Origin: a virus | Taxonomy: Duplodnaviria; Caudoviricetes | IMG/VR virus record: IMGVR_UViG_3300027754_000313 | Coordinates: 1-30,398 of that record | Length of the DNA: 30,398 nt | Strand: one strand, 5' to 3' | Part shown: positions 16,266 through 25,579 of the stretch, piece after piece | Numbering within the stretch: the first letter of the stretch is position 1 | Layout of the letters: every line of letters begins with the position of its first letter | The notes under the pieces: generated by a model | Seen by the model: only the letters and a program-made list of their open reading frames with translations | Told to the model about the DNA's origin: nothing | Database searches by the model: none | Made by a program: the position numbers and the translations under genes

Positions 16266-16802
16266 TTGGCTTTAGACAGCGATATTCATAACGCAGATTC
16301 TCACCTACACGTCGAGTTTTACGTTTACGATAAAGAGCCGTACAAAGAAAAGCCGTTTGTTAGAATCATAGTACCAGGCGATAAAACAACGATTATTGAC
16401 CAGCCCGTTCGGGACGATCATAAGCAACGTTTTCCCCGCCAATGGTTGCACTTTCAGATGCAAAACAATAATGCAGAAATTATTGGTGTGCCGCTGAAAC
16501 AATGGGTACAAGACGATCCTGAAAATTTTAACGATATGCAGATGGCAGAATTGCAAATCTTTAAGTTTCAGACCGTTGAGCAAGTTGCTACCGCTACCGA
16601 TAACCAATTGCAGCGAATTGGCATGGGTGCGGTGGGCTTGCGAGAGCAGGCTAGGCGTTATTTACAAGTTAAAAACCAATCTTCAAGTCAAACTGAAATT
16701 GAAAAAACAAAGCAAGAGCTTGCTGAAGTAAAAGAGCAAATGGCGGCTTTGATGGCTCAGTTATCAGAAAAGAAGGTTGGGAGGCCAAAAAAAGAGGACT
16801 AA
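16266..16802 (+). CDS. conserved hypothetical protein (HhH-like segment, coiled coil, GRPKK tail)
   Basis: TTG start after GGGG RBS; TVEQVA...LQRIGMG segment; C-terminal KKVGRPKK. Confidence 0.65.
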   Translation: MALDSDIHNADSHLHVEFYVYDKEPYKEKPFVRIIVPGDKTTIIDQPVRDDHKQRFPRQWLHFQMQNNNAEIIGVPLKQWVQDDPENFNDMQMAELQIFKFQTVEQVATATDNQLQRIGMGAVGLREQARRYLQVKNQSSSQTEIEKTKQELAEVKEQMAALMAQLSEKKVGRPKKED

Positions 16803-17711
16803 ATGTCATCAACGATGCTACAGCTAGTAACCCAAGTCACTAACGAGCTTGGGGTATCAACGCCAACTACTGTGGCATCAAATACCAACCAAGATGTAAT
16901 TCAAATCTTGGCGTTAATGAACGCTGCCGGTTATGAGTTTTTGCGAAAGCATGACTGGCGGCAATTAACAAAACAATACACATTCACCACGGTCTATACC
17001 CAAACAACGGGGAACGTGACGCTAGACACTTACACCATCACCGGCATCCCATCGACTGCTGGGCTTGATTCAACGTATCAAGTGGTGGGTAACGGCATTT
17101 CAAACGCTTGTTATATCGAGTCGGTTGATTCAGCCACGCAAGTAACCGTGAATTTACCCTCTACAGGGACGTATACAGGGGCTACGATCACTTTTGAAAA
17201 AGTGAAGTACGCATTACCCTCAGATTACGAATCAACCGTTCCTAGAACCCATTGGGACAAATCAAAACATTGGGAAATGCTTGGCCCTGAAAGCGCACAA
17301 CAATGGGAATGGTTGTTATCTGGATTTATCTCGACTGGCCCACGGATTCGCTATCGACTGCTTGGCAAATACTTTCAGATTTGGCCTGGCGTTTCGACTA
17401 ACGAGTTGTTAGGTTACGAATATCGATCAAATGGTTGGGCATTATCTGATACAGGCGTTGTAAAAACATCGTTTACTGCCGATACCGATACTTGTATTTA
17501 CCCAGATCGCCTGATGGTTTTGGCTACTAAGCTCAAATATTTTGAGGCTAAAGGCTTTGATACCACAGCAATGTACCGAAACTATATTGAGGAATTTGAG
17601 ATTGTTCGGGCGCAAGATACGTCAGCGGCTAATTTGTCGTTTGCACCACGTCCAGGCACAGTCTTAATTGGTTACGACAATATTCCTGATACTGGCTACG
17701 GGACAAATTAA
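16803..17711 (+). CDS. head-tail adaptor / tail tubular protein A-like
   Basis: GAGG RBS; TMLQLV..V..ELG, W..L, YALPSDY pattern; precedes the nozzle gene. Confidence 0.7.
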   Translation: MSSTMLQLVTQVTNELGVSTPTTVASNTNQDVIQILALMNAAGYEFLRKHDWRQLTKQYTFTTVYTQTTGNVTLDTYTITGIPSTAGLDSTYQVVGNGISNACYIESVDSATQVTVNLPSTGTYTGATITFEKVKYALPSDYESTVPRTHWDKSKHWEMLGPESAQQWEWLLSGFISTGPRIRYRLLGKYFQIWPGVSTNELLGYEYRSNGWALSDTGVVKTSFTADTDTCIYPDRLMVLATKLKYFEAKGFDTTAMYRNYIEEFEIVRAQDTSAANLSFAPRPGTVLIGYDNIPDTGYGTN

Positions 17712-19246
17712 TGGTTTCGCCTAATCGACTTGTACAAGGTACAGCGGCTAGGGTTCAGTCGTTGCCAGCGCCTATCGGAGGCTGGAACGTTCGGGATTCC
17801 ATTGCAAACATGGATACGCTTGATGCCGTTCAATTAACGAATTTGTTTCCCACGGTTAACAACGTGGTGTTGCGTGGAGGATACACAAAGTATTCCACCG
17901 GCATCACAGGTCAAGTTCAGACTTTGATGGGTTATTCAAGTGGTGCAACAGATAAGTTATTTGCAATTGCAAACACGTCCATTTATGACTGCACAACTGG
18001 CGGTGCTGTTGGCGCAGCTGTAAAGACGGGTTTAAGCAACGCAAAATGGGAATATACCAACGTCACAACGCCTGCCGGTGGTTATTTGTATGCGGTCAAT
18101 GGAATTGATGCACCGTTACTGTATAACGGTTCAACGTGGACAAATCCGACTATTACGGGCGTGACCGCATCAACTTTAAGCAATATTACCATTTTTAAAA
18201 ACCAAGTTTGGTTTACGCAAGCATCAACATTAAAAGCGTGGTACTTGCCTACCTTATCCATTCAAGGTGCGGCAAACGCAATTGACATGAGTTCGGTTGC
18301 TCAATTAGGTGGATATTTAGTTGCAGCGGGAACTTGGACAATAGATGCTGGCTATGGAGTAGACGATAACCTAGTGTTCATAACTTCCAATGGCGAGGTT
18401 ATTGTTTATTCTGGTACTGACCCATCAGATATTACAAAATTTGCTCTAGTGGGCGTTTGGCGCATTGGTAAGCCTGTTGGCAAACGATGCCTGATGAAGT
18501 ATGGCGGGGATATGATTATCCTCACTTATAACGGTCTTTATCCACTTGCAGCTAGTTTGCAGTCATCTAGGCTTGACCCACGCATTGCTTTATCGGACAA
18601 AATTCAAGGTGCGTTCTCTGCTGCTACGCAACAATATGGCGAGAATTTTGGTTGGGACATTAGTTTTGATCCAAAACACAATGCTTTAACGGTCAACGTG
18701 CCAGTCCAAGAAGGCCAACAACAGCAATATGTGATGAATAACATCACTAAAGCCTGGTGCAACTTTACAGGCCAATACGCTAACTGTTGGACAATTTTTG
18801 ACAATGAGCCATATTGGGGTGGAAATGGATTTGTTGCCCACGCTTGGGATGACAATTACGCCAATGACACAAGCGATATAAATGGCTATGCGTTGCAAGC
18901 ATTTAACTACTTTGATGCCCGTGGGGTTAAAAAGTATTTCACTAGAGCAAGACCGTCAATCTTTACTAACGGCGTACCATCAATTTTCATTGGTTTAAAC
19001 ATGGATTTTGATTTAGCAGATACAACTGCGGCGCTAAGTTTTAGCCCTCAAGTTGCTGCTAAATGGGACGTTGCGTTGTGGGATGTTGGCTATTGGGCTA
19101 CAGATACAGTCATCACAAACAATTGGCAAGGCGTTACTGGCATTGGCTATTGCGCTGCAACACAATTTAAAACCGCAAGTCAAGGAACGACAATTCTATG
19201 GGCATCGACGGACATTGTGTACCAACAAGGTTGGGCTGGCATATAG
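17711..19246 (+). CDS. tail nozzle / packaged DNA stabilization protein (P22 gp10 or tubular protein B-like)
   Basis: 511-aa beta-rich protein with LPAP.GGWN.RD start; podoviral synteny. Confidence 0.75.
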   Translation: MVSPNRLVQGTAARVQSLPAPIGGWNVRDSIANMDTLDAVQLTNLFPTVNNVVLRGGYTKYSTGITGQVQTLMGYSSGATDKLFAIANTSIYDCTTGGAVGAAVKTGLSNAKWEYTNVTTPAGGYLYAVNGIDAPLLYNGSTWTNPTITGVTASTLSNITIFKNQVWFTQASTLKAWYLPTLSIQGAANAIDMSSVAQLGGYLVAAGTWTIDAGYGVDDNLVFITSNGEVIVYSGTDPSDITKFALVGVWRIGKPVGKRCLMKYGGDMIILTYNGLYPLAASLQSSRLDPRIALSDKIQGAFSAATQQYGENFGWDISFDPKHNALTVNVPVQEGQQQQYVMNNITKAWCNFTGQYANCWTIFDNEPYWGGNGFVAHAWDDNYANDTSDINGYALQAFNYFDARGVKKYFTRARPSIFTNGVPSIFIGLNMDFDLADTTAALSFSPQVAAKWDVALWDVGYWATDTVITNNWQGVTGIGYCAATQFKTASQGTTILWASTDIVYQQGWAGI

Positions 19247-19644
19247 TCCAGGGCGATGCAATTGGTCATTGGGTTGCAGAACAAGTTGCGGGTAAGTATT
19301 TTGTAGAAGGGTCGCAGGCAATAGGGTTAGAGCGTGACGGGCAGATTATTGCAGGCGTGATTTACGAAAATTGGAATGGGGCTTCAATTGTGTGTCACAT
19401 AGCAATTGAAGGACGTATGACAAAAGGGTATTTAAAAGCGATATTTAGCTACCCTTTTGAGGTTTGTAAGGTAAAAAAGATTATTGTGCCGGTGAGCAGT
19501 ACCCATGTAAAAAGCCTAAAATTAGTTACCAAGATGGGCTTTATTGAAGAAGCAAGGGTTAAAAATGCAGCACCGGATGGCGATATTATATTTTTGACAT
19601 TGGCACGAGAAAATTGCCGGTTTCTAGGGGTAAATAATGGGTAA
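19198..19644 (+). CDS. GNAT-family acetyltransferase (virion-assembly associated); true start may be TTG 19231
   Basis: AIG....G.IIAGVIY, IF.YPF, S.KL..KMGF.EE motif; same position as GNAT-like genes between nozzle and ejection genes in podoviruses. Confidence 0.75.
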   Translation: MGIDGHCVPTRLGWHIVQGDAIGHWVAEQVAGKYFVEGSQAIGLERDGQIIAGVIYENWNGASIVCHIAIEGRMTKGYLKAIFSYPFEVCKVKKIIVPVSSTHVKSLKLVTKMGFIEEARVKNAAPDGDIIFLTLARENCRFLGVNNG

Positions 19645-21139
19645 GTCAGCATCAGCACCACCAACACCTGATTATGTCGGCGCAGCCAAGCAACAGGGTC
19701 AAGATAACCTTGCAGCGGCTAAACAGTCGAACATTATGTCAAACCCAAATATGTACACTCCATTTGGGAATCAAACTGTTTCTTACTCAAACCCAACATT
19801 TGACCAAAGTGGGTATGATGCGGCGTTGGCTAAATACAACGCTGGCAATGTAGACCGTAACCGATTTATGCGGCAAGGTAATCCAGAGGGCGATACAACA
19901 ACAGGTGCAACATATTTTGACCAAGCGGGTTTTGATGCTGCTAATGCTGCAAGAGGAGCTGCGCCAACTCGTGAAGCATTTACAACTGGTGGGGGACAAC
20001 CAACAGTTACGCAAACTTTAACTCCACAAGCGCAACAAACCCTTGACGCTCAAATGCGAGTGCAAACTGCTTTAGCTAATCTCGGTCAAACAGGCGCATA
20101 CAATGCACAAAATGTTTTAAATACGCCATTTAATCCAACATTGCCTACTATTCAATCGACTGTTCCAGGCTACAACCCTGTTGGCGTTTCAGATGTACAG
20201 ACAGGTTTAAAAGCCGATATTTATGGTTTGGCTCGTGCAAACACTAATGCAAACACTTACGGGTTAGCAACTGGTGACGTTGACGCAAATACTTACGGAT
20301 TAGCTAGAGGCGAAGTGCCGTTGCAATACGGTTTAGACACTAGCAATTTGACTCAAATGCCTACAAACGCAGGCGTAAGCGCACAACAAGCTATTTTGTC
20401 TAGGCTTGATCCTACGATTCAAGCTGGCGATGTTTCATTTAAACAAGCATTGGCAAATCAAGGGTTAGCGCCAGGCACAGCTGCCTACGATGCTGCTTTT
20501 AGAAACCGTGAGATGAGCAAAAATGACTTGTATAACCAAGCTGCTTTGCAAGGCATTAACCTTGATATGTCGGCTCGTCAACAAGGGTTAAATGAGCTAA
20601 ACACGCTTGGCACGTTTGGCAATCAAGCCCAATTAGCAGGCGCAGGATTGTATAACCAAGCGGTCAGTCAAAACTTTGGTCAAGGTGTCACGGCTAATCA
20701 ACTTCAAAACCAAGCTATTGCACAAAACTTTGGACAAGGTGTTACTGCTGATCAGTTGTATAACTCGGCTGTTGGTCAAAACTTTAATCAAGCCTTGGCA
20801 GCGCAACAAGCTAATAATGCAGCGCAACAACAGCAATATGGTCAAAACTTAGGTGCAGCACAGTTTGGCAACCAAGCCGTACAACAATCGTTAGCGCAAC
20901 AATCAGCATTGCGGGCGCAACCATTAAACGAGATTCTTGGATTGATGGGCGGCTCACAAATTCAATTGCCACAATTCCAAGGTTATCAAGGCGCACAAGT
21001 TGCACCAGCGCCAACCTTTGCGGGTACGCAAGCAGCAGGCCAAGCAGCATTGCAAAATTACGGTATCCAACAATCAGGCGCTAATGCGGGTATTCAAGGT
21101 ATTGCGTCTTTGGGCGGCATGGCGGCAATGTATTTCTAA
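19637..21139 (+). CDS. internal virion/ejection (DNA transfer) protein, Gln/Ala/Asn/Gly-rich
   Basis: MGKSASAPPTPDY N-terminus, low-complexity helical body with internal repeats, hydrophobic Gly-rich C-terminus. Confidence 0.7.
   Translation: MGKSASAPPTPDYVGAAKQQGQDNLAAAKQSNIMSNPNMYTPFGNQTVSYSNPTFDQSGYDAALAKYNAGNVDRNRFMRQGNPEGDTTTGATYFDQAGFDAANAARGAAPTREAFTTGGGQPTVTQTLTPQAQQTLDAQMRVQTALANLGQTGAYNAQNVLNTPFNPTLPTIQSTVPGYNPVGVSDVQTGLKADIYGLARANTNANTYGLATGDVDANTYGLARGEVPLQYGLDTSNLTQMPTNAGVSAQQAILSRLDPTIQAGDVSFKQALANQGLAPGTAAYDAAFRNREMSKNDLYNQAALQGINLDMSARQQGLNELNTLGTFGNQAQLAGAGLYNQAVSQNFGQGVTANQLQNQAIAQNFGQGVTADQLYNSAVGQNFNQALAAQQANNAAQQQQYGQNLGAAQFGNQAVQQSLAQQSALRAQPLNEILGLMGGSQIQLPQFQGYQGAQVAPAPTFAGTQAAGQAALQNYGIQQSGANAGIQGIASLGGMAAMYF
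20213..20320 (+). repeat. three 12-aa (36-bp) coding repeats A(D/N)(I/T)YGLA
   Basis: ADIYGLARANTN-ANTYGLATGDVD-ANTYGLARGEVP. Confidence 0.75.
20651..20812 (+). repeat. three 18-aa (54-bp) coding repeats containing QNFGQ
   Basis: YNQAVSQNFGQGVTANQL-QNQAIAQNFGQGVTADQL-YNSAVGQNFNQALAAQQA. Confidence 0.8.
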
Positions 21140-21831
21140 TGCTTGGATTAGCGTTCTCAGGTGGGAAAGATTCTTTAGCGTGTTGGTACTTGTACCGTGA
21201 AAAGAATCCAGTTGTTTTTTGGGCTAATACTGGTAAGTCATACCCTGACACGATGGAGATCATCCAACAGGTCAAAGCAGAGGCGGTTGAGTTTATTGAA
21301 GTTAAATCAGATCAAGAACAGCAGATTAAGTTTTATGGCTATCCAAGTGATGTTGTTCCGATTGACCATAGCCTTGAAGGTATGCAGTTTGCAGGCGATA
21401 AGCCAGTACGAGTACAGAGTTATTTAAACTGTTGTTGGGCAAACGTAGGACAACCTCTGACAGAGGCAATTGCAAAACGTGGCATTACGCATTTGATTCG
21501 TGGGCAACGGCTTGATGAAAGTCACAAATCCACGGCTCGGCACGGGTCGGTAGTTAATGGTGTGACGTACATCCAACCGATAGAAACATGGACTAAAGAG
21601 CAAGTTTTGGCGTTTTTACGGACTCAATGCCAGTTACCAGAACATTATGCAATCGACCATTCAAGCCTTGATTGTTACGATTGCACGGCGTATTTGACAC
21701 ACTCAGCGGATCGAGTGGCATGGATGAAAGAAAAACACCCAAATTTGCATGAAAAATATAAAATAAACATGGCGGCACTAAAGTCTGCCTTGTTGCCTAC
21801 TTTAGAGTTACTAAGGAATTGCGATGCTTAA
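21139..21831 (+). CDS. PAPS/APS reductase-like (PP-loop) protein with probable Fe-S ligands
   Basis: AFSGGKDS PP-loop, NTG, CC (98-99), RGQR.DE, PI..WT...V and CxxC (179/182); no C-terminal ECGLH. Confidence 0.85.
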   Translation: MLGLAFSGGKDSLACWYLYREKNPVVFWANTGKSYPDTMEIIQQVKAEAVEFIEVKSDQEQQIKFYGYPSDVVPIDHSLEGMQFAGDKPVRVQSYLNCCWANVGQPLTEAIAKRGITHLIRGQRLDESHKSTARHGSVVNGVTYIQPIETWTKEQVLAFLRTQCQLPEHYAIDHSSLDCYDCTAYLTHSADRVAWMKEKHPNLHEKYKINMAALKSALLPTLELLRNCDA

Positions 21832-22123
21832 TCAATACGTCAACATGACTCCACAGCAAAAAATGGCTCAGATGCTGCAACAGCAACAGCAAACTACTCC
21901 ATTGCAAGGTCAAGACATGGGGCAAATGCCGCAAGCTCAGAATCCTATGGCTGGCGCACAGAACGCCATGAGTATGTACGGGCAAATGCAAAAACAGAAT
22001 CAAATGCAAGATATGCAAGATTACATGGCTCGACTTAAATTAGGTCAAGCGCAGACTGGCGGTATGTTTGATTCGGCTAACGCTCAAGCGCCAATGCAGA
22101 CTGCAAACAATTACACGGGGTAA
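21824..22123 (+). CDS. Gln/Met-rich small protein, probable internal virion protein
   Basis: AAGGA RBS; extreme Q/M composition; lies among ejection genes. Confidence 0.6.
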   Translation: MLNQYVNMTPQQKMAQMLQQQQQTTPLQGQDMGQMPQAQNPMAGAQNAMSMYGQMQKQNQMQDMQDYMARLKLGQAQTGGMFDSANAQAPMQTANNYTG

Positions 22124-22126
22124 GTC

Positions 22127-23683
22127 ATGGATTTAGACTACAACACTCGACTAGCGGCAATTCAGCGTAACGAAAAGTTAGCGCAGATTATGCAACAGCA
22201 AGCGTTTCAGCCAATTGATATTCAAAGCTATCAAGGTATTCAAGCGCCTATTTCACCATTATCTGGTCTTGCAAAAGTTTTGCAAGCCTACATGGGCGCA
22301 CGAGGTACGAGCGATGAAGAACGCATTAAATTAGCTCAAGAAGCTAAAACAGAAGCGCAACAAATGTTGTCGAGCCTTAACCCAACTGCCTCGCCTGGTC
22401 GTGCCGCAGTTATGGGACGGCCTGAAGTGCCTGCACAGGCAGCAACATCATTTAAGCCAATGGGCGCTGACTATGAGGACAATCCGAATCTGCAAACAGC
22501 ACCGTCCGGCAACGTAGAAACGCCTGCTGTGCCGTATCAGCCCGCTATAGCACCGCAAGCTGCTATTGCGCCAACAAGCGGTGCGCCATTAGACCCAGAG
22601 CAAAAACGGCAACGACTTGTTCAAATGATGATGAGTCAAAATCCGTATATTGCGCCAGTTGCTAAATTGGAATACGAGCAATTAAGCAAACAAGAAACTG
22701 GGCCATTGGCTGAATACCGTCTTGCGGTGCAGCAAGGTTACAAAGGCACAATTGATCAATACAAGACGCAGCAAGCACAAGCAGGGCGTTCTATTACAAA
22801 CGTCAGTATGCCTACGTCTATGGCTCCAATGTACGTTCGTAACCGTGTTACGGGCAAAATGGAATATGTGCAGCCTAATAACCGTGGCACGTTTGATTTG
22901 TCTAACTACGAGCCTGCGCCTACTGAAACAAGTTTTGCTCAGAAATTAAAAGACGCAGGAATTACTCCTGATAATCCACGCTTTAAAGAACTTGCTGAAG
23001 CATTAATTAATAAAGAATTGCTTGTTACATCTCAGCCTGGACAAATTAATACAACTGGTACTACGCCAATACCTGGTTTTGTGCCAAAAGTTAGTGAAGG
23101 CGGTTCATTAAATCCATCAAATATTGATGCGAAAGGCAATTTAATTGTTACGGCTACGCCTGGCGCAGCAAAGACTGCCGCTGATTATGCGGGAACAGTT
23201 GCAGGCGCTGAAGCAGGCGGCAAAGTAGCAGGAACTTCACAAGCTCAAGCAACAATTGATTTACCAAAAGTTGTAGATAACGCACAAACAGCAATTCAAA
23301 ACGTGCAAGAATTGTTAACGCATCCTGGTTTTAAATCATCTGTTGGTATGGGGATACCTGGTGCAAAATATATACCTGGTACACCACAAGCAGATTTTCG
23401 TTCTAGACTGGATCAAGTTCAAGGTGGCGCATTTCTTACCGCTATTGATACATTGCGTGGAACAGGTGCAATTACTGAAGTTGAAGGCACAAAAGCTACA
23501 GCAGCTAAAAATCGTATGTCTACGGCAACATCTGAAGCTGAATTTAATAAAGCAGCTAAAGACTATTTGGATATTATTGAGCAAGGCGTTAAGCAAACAT
23601 ACGGCAAAGCCGGTAAAACTTATGCGCCATTGCAACGAGGGTCTGCGCCTAAAACTATCAATTACGGGGATTTACCTAAATAA
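22127..23683 (+). CDS. internal virion/ejection protein
   Basis: 518-aa A/Q/P/T-rich protein; C-terminal AF...LRGTGAITEVEG.KA motif typical of podoviral DNA-transfer proteins. Confidence 0.7.
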   Translation: MDLDYNTRLAAIQRNEKLAQIMQQQAFQPIDIQSYQGIQAPISPLSGLAKVLQAYMGARGTSDEERIKLAQEAKTEAQQMLSSLNPTASPGRAAVMGRPEVPAQAATSFKPMGADYEDNPNLQTAPSGNVETPAVPYQPAIAPQAAIAPTSGAPLDPEQKRQRLVQMMMSQNPYIAPVAKLEYEQLSKQETGPLAEYRLAVQQGYKGTIDQYKTQQAQAGRSITNVSMPTSMAPMYVRNRVTGKMEYVQPNNRGTFDLSNYEPAPTETSFAQKLKDAGITPDNPRFKELAEALINKELLVTSQPGQINTTGTTPIPGFVPKVSEGGSLNPSNIDAKGNLIVTATPGAAKTAADYAGTVAGAEAGGKVAGTSQAQATIDLPKVVDNAQTAIQNVQELLTHPGFKSSVGMGIPGAKYIPGTPQADFRSRLDQVQGGAFLTAIDTLRGTGAITEVEGTKATAAKNRMSTATSEAEFNKAAKDYLDIIEQGVKQTYGKAGKTYAPLQRGSAPKTINYGDLPK

Positions 23684-25569
23684 TGGACGTTACGCTACCT
23701 GATGGTACGGTCATTAAAGACGTACCCGACAATATTACAAAGACAGAGCTAAACGCAAAATTAAAAGCCAATGGTTTGGATATGGCAAAGTATGAGCCGA
23801 CCATTGGGCAAGAAATTCTTGCATCACCAGCGGGTCGGTTTATAAGCGGCGCAGGCGAGTTTATTGACGCAGGCGCTCAATTATTGCCAAGAGCATTGTC
23901 TACCGTATCATCATTGGGTGGGCTTAATCCCAATCCAGTTAGCAATTGGCTTGACAGACAAGCCGCAGGCGTTGACGAAGGTATCGCAAAAAGAAAAGCA
24001 GAAATGGATGCCGCTAAGTTAGCGACAAACTTTCAAGGTGCAGATATTTCAAGATTTGCTGGCAATGCAATGAGTTTGCCAAATTTAGCGTTGATGAAAC
24101 ATCTTGCGCCAATGGCTAAAACCATTCCTGCATTGATGGAGGCTGGCGGTTACATGGGGTTGACGGGTGGCGCTTTAACTCCCGTTACCGAAAATACTGA
24201 TAATTTTGCCGGTCAAAAAGCCATTCAAACAGGCGCTGGTGGTGTTTTTGGTGCGGCATTAGCACCAGTCGGTCAAGTGCTTGGTCGTGGTTATGAGCTT
24301 GCTAAAGCATTGGCTCAACCATTTACAGAATCTGGCAAAAAAGCAATTATTGGTTCAAATTTGCGTGGTCAAATTAGACCAAGCGACATTGGTGATGTTG
24401 TAAACCGGCTAGATCAAGCGCAAGGATTAGTGCCAGGCTCTCAACCCACAGTTGGCGAAATTTCAGAAAGCGGTGGATTAGAAGCATTACAACGTCAAGC
24501 CGCATCAAAATATCCTCAAGTGTTTGCACCTAGAGAGGCTGCAAATGTGCAAGCCAGACGTGAGGCAATTGGTGAAATTGCGGGTGATGTAGGTAAAAAA
24601 GAACTGTTTGAAACAGCAAGAGCAGACGCTGCTGATTTGCTTTATAAACAAGCATACAAACAAACGTTGAATGTAAATCGTGATCCAGTTACCGGCAAAA
24701 TGTTGCCCAAAGCAGATCGTGATGCGGCAAACGCTGAAATTGCAGATTTGTTAGATACGCCTGCTATTCAACAAGCAATGAAAGATGCTGTTATTTTGGC
24801 GAAAAATGAACGGATTGATATTAAAGACCCAAAAGGTTCAATTCAGGGTCTTGATTACACAAAGCGTGCATTAGACAAGCAAATTGCAACTGCCGAAGGT
24901 GACAACGAAAAGCGCATTTTGATGGGTGTTAAAGAAAGGCTTATGTCTTTCTTGCAACGTCAAAGCCCAAAGTATGCAGAGGCCGTTGCAACTTATGCAG
25001 AAGGTAGCAAACCTTTAAATCAAATGGCTGTTGGCGAATACTTAAAAAATAAGTTAGTGCCTGCCGTTGGTGAAGAAGGCAACTTACTTAGAGAAAACAT
25101 TGGTTCATTTACTGAGGCATTGAGAAACCCAAATACGCCAAAATTAGCGACTGGATTTGGCGGTAATGATTTAGAACAATTATTTGCAAGTAGCCCTGAA
25201 CAATTGCAAACGTTGAAAAACATTGCAACTGAATTAGCACGAAAAAGTAACGCACAAGATTATGGTCGGAGCGTGGGATCAAATACGTTTCAAAACCTTG
25301 CAATGGCAAATATTGCACAAAAAACAGGTTTGCCTTTTGGTTTAGTCAATATGCCTTATCTTGGCGCACCGGCTAGAAAAATTTATGAAAACGCAACTGA
25401 AACGATGCAACAACAGTTAGCCCAGGCTTTACTTGATCCAAAAGCAACGGCACAGTTAATTGCTCAAGCAGCACCATCTGAGCGAGGTCGATTAATGGCA
25501 GCTGCTTTACGAGGTCAATTAACTCCTGCAATGTTTGGTGCGCCAACAACCGAATTAATGAACCAATAA
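23683..25569 (+). CDS. large internal virion/ejection protein
   Basis: MDVTLPDGTVI.DVPD N-terminus, Gly/Ala-rich hydrophobic segments, GSNT..N and ALLDP motifs near the C-terminus. Confidence 0.7.
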   Translation: MDVTLPDGTVIKDVPDNITKTELNAKLKANGLDMAKYEPTIGQEILASPAGRFISGAGEFIDAGAQLLPRALSTVSSLGGLNPNPVSNWLDRQAAGVDEGIAKRKAEMDAAKLATNFQGADISRFAGNAMSLPNLALMKHLAPMAKTIPALMEAGGYMGLTGGALTPVTENTDNFAGQKAIQTGAGGVFGAALAPVGQVLGRGYELAKALAQPFTESGKKAIIGSNLRGQIRPSDIGDVVNRLDQAQGLVPGSQPTVGEISESGGLEALQRQAASKYPQVFAPREAANVQARREAIGEIAGDVGKKELFETARADAADLLYKQAYKQTLNVNRDPVTGKMLPKADRDAANAEIADLLDTPAIQQAMKDAVILAKNERIDIKDPKGSIQGLDYTKRALDKQIATAEGDNEKRILMGVKERLMSFLQRQSPKYAEAVATYAEGSKPLNQMAVGEYLKNKLVPAVGEEGNLLRENIGSFTEALRNPNTPKLATGFGGNDLEQLFASSPEQLQTLKNIATELARKSNAQDYGRSVGSNTFQNLAMANIAQKTGLPFGLVNMPYLGAPARKIYENATETMQQQLAQALLDPKATAQLIAQAAPSERGRLMAAALRGQLTPAMFGAPTTELMNQ

Positions 25570-25579
25570 GAGGTAATCA

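Noticed and set aside
21139-21831. Calling this cysH, a sulfur-assimilation auxiliary metabolic gene
   Set aside because: It lacks the C-terminal ECGLH catalytic motif and has no sulfur-pathway neighbours.
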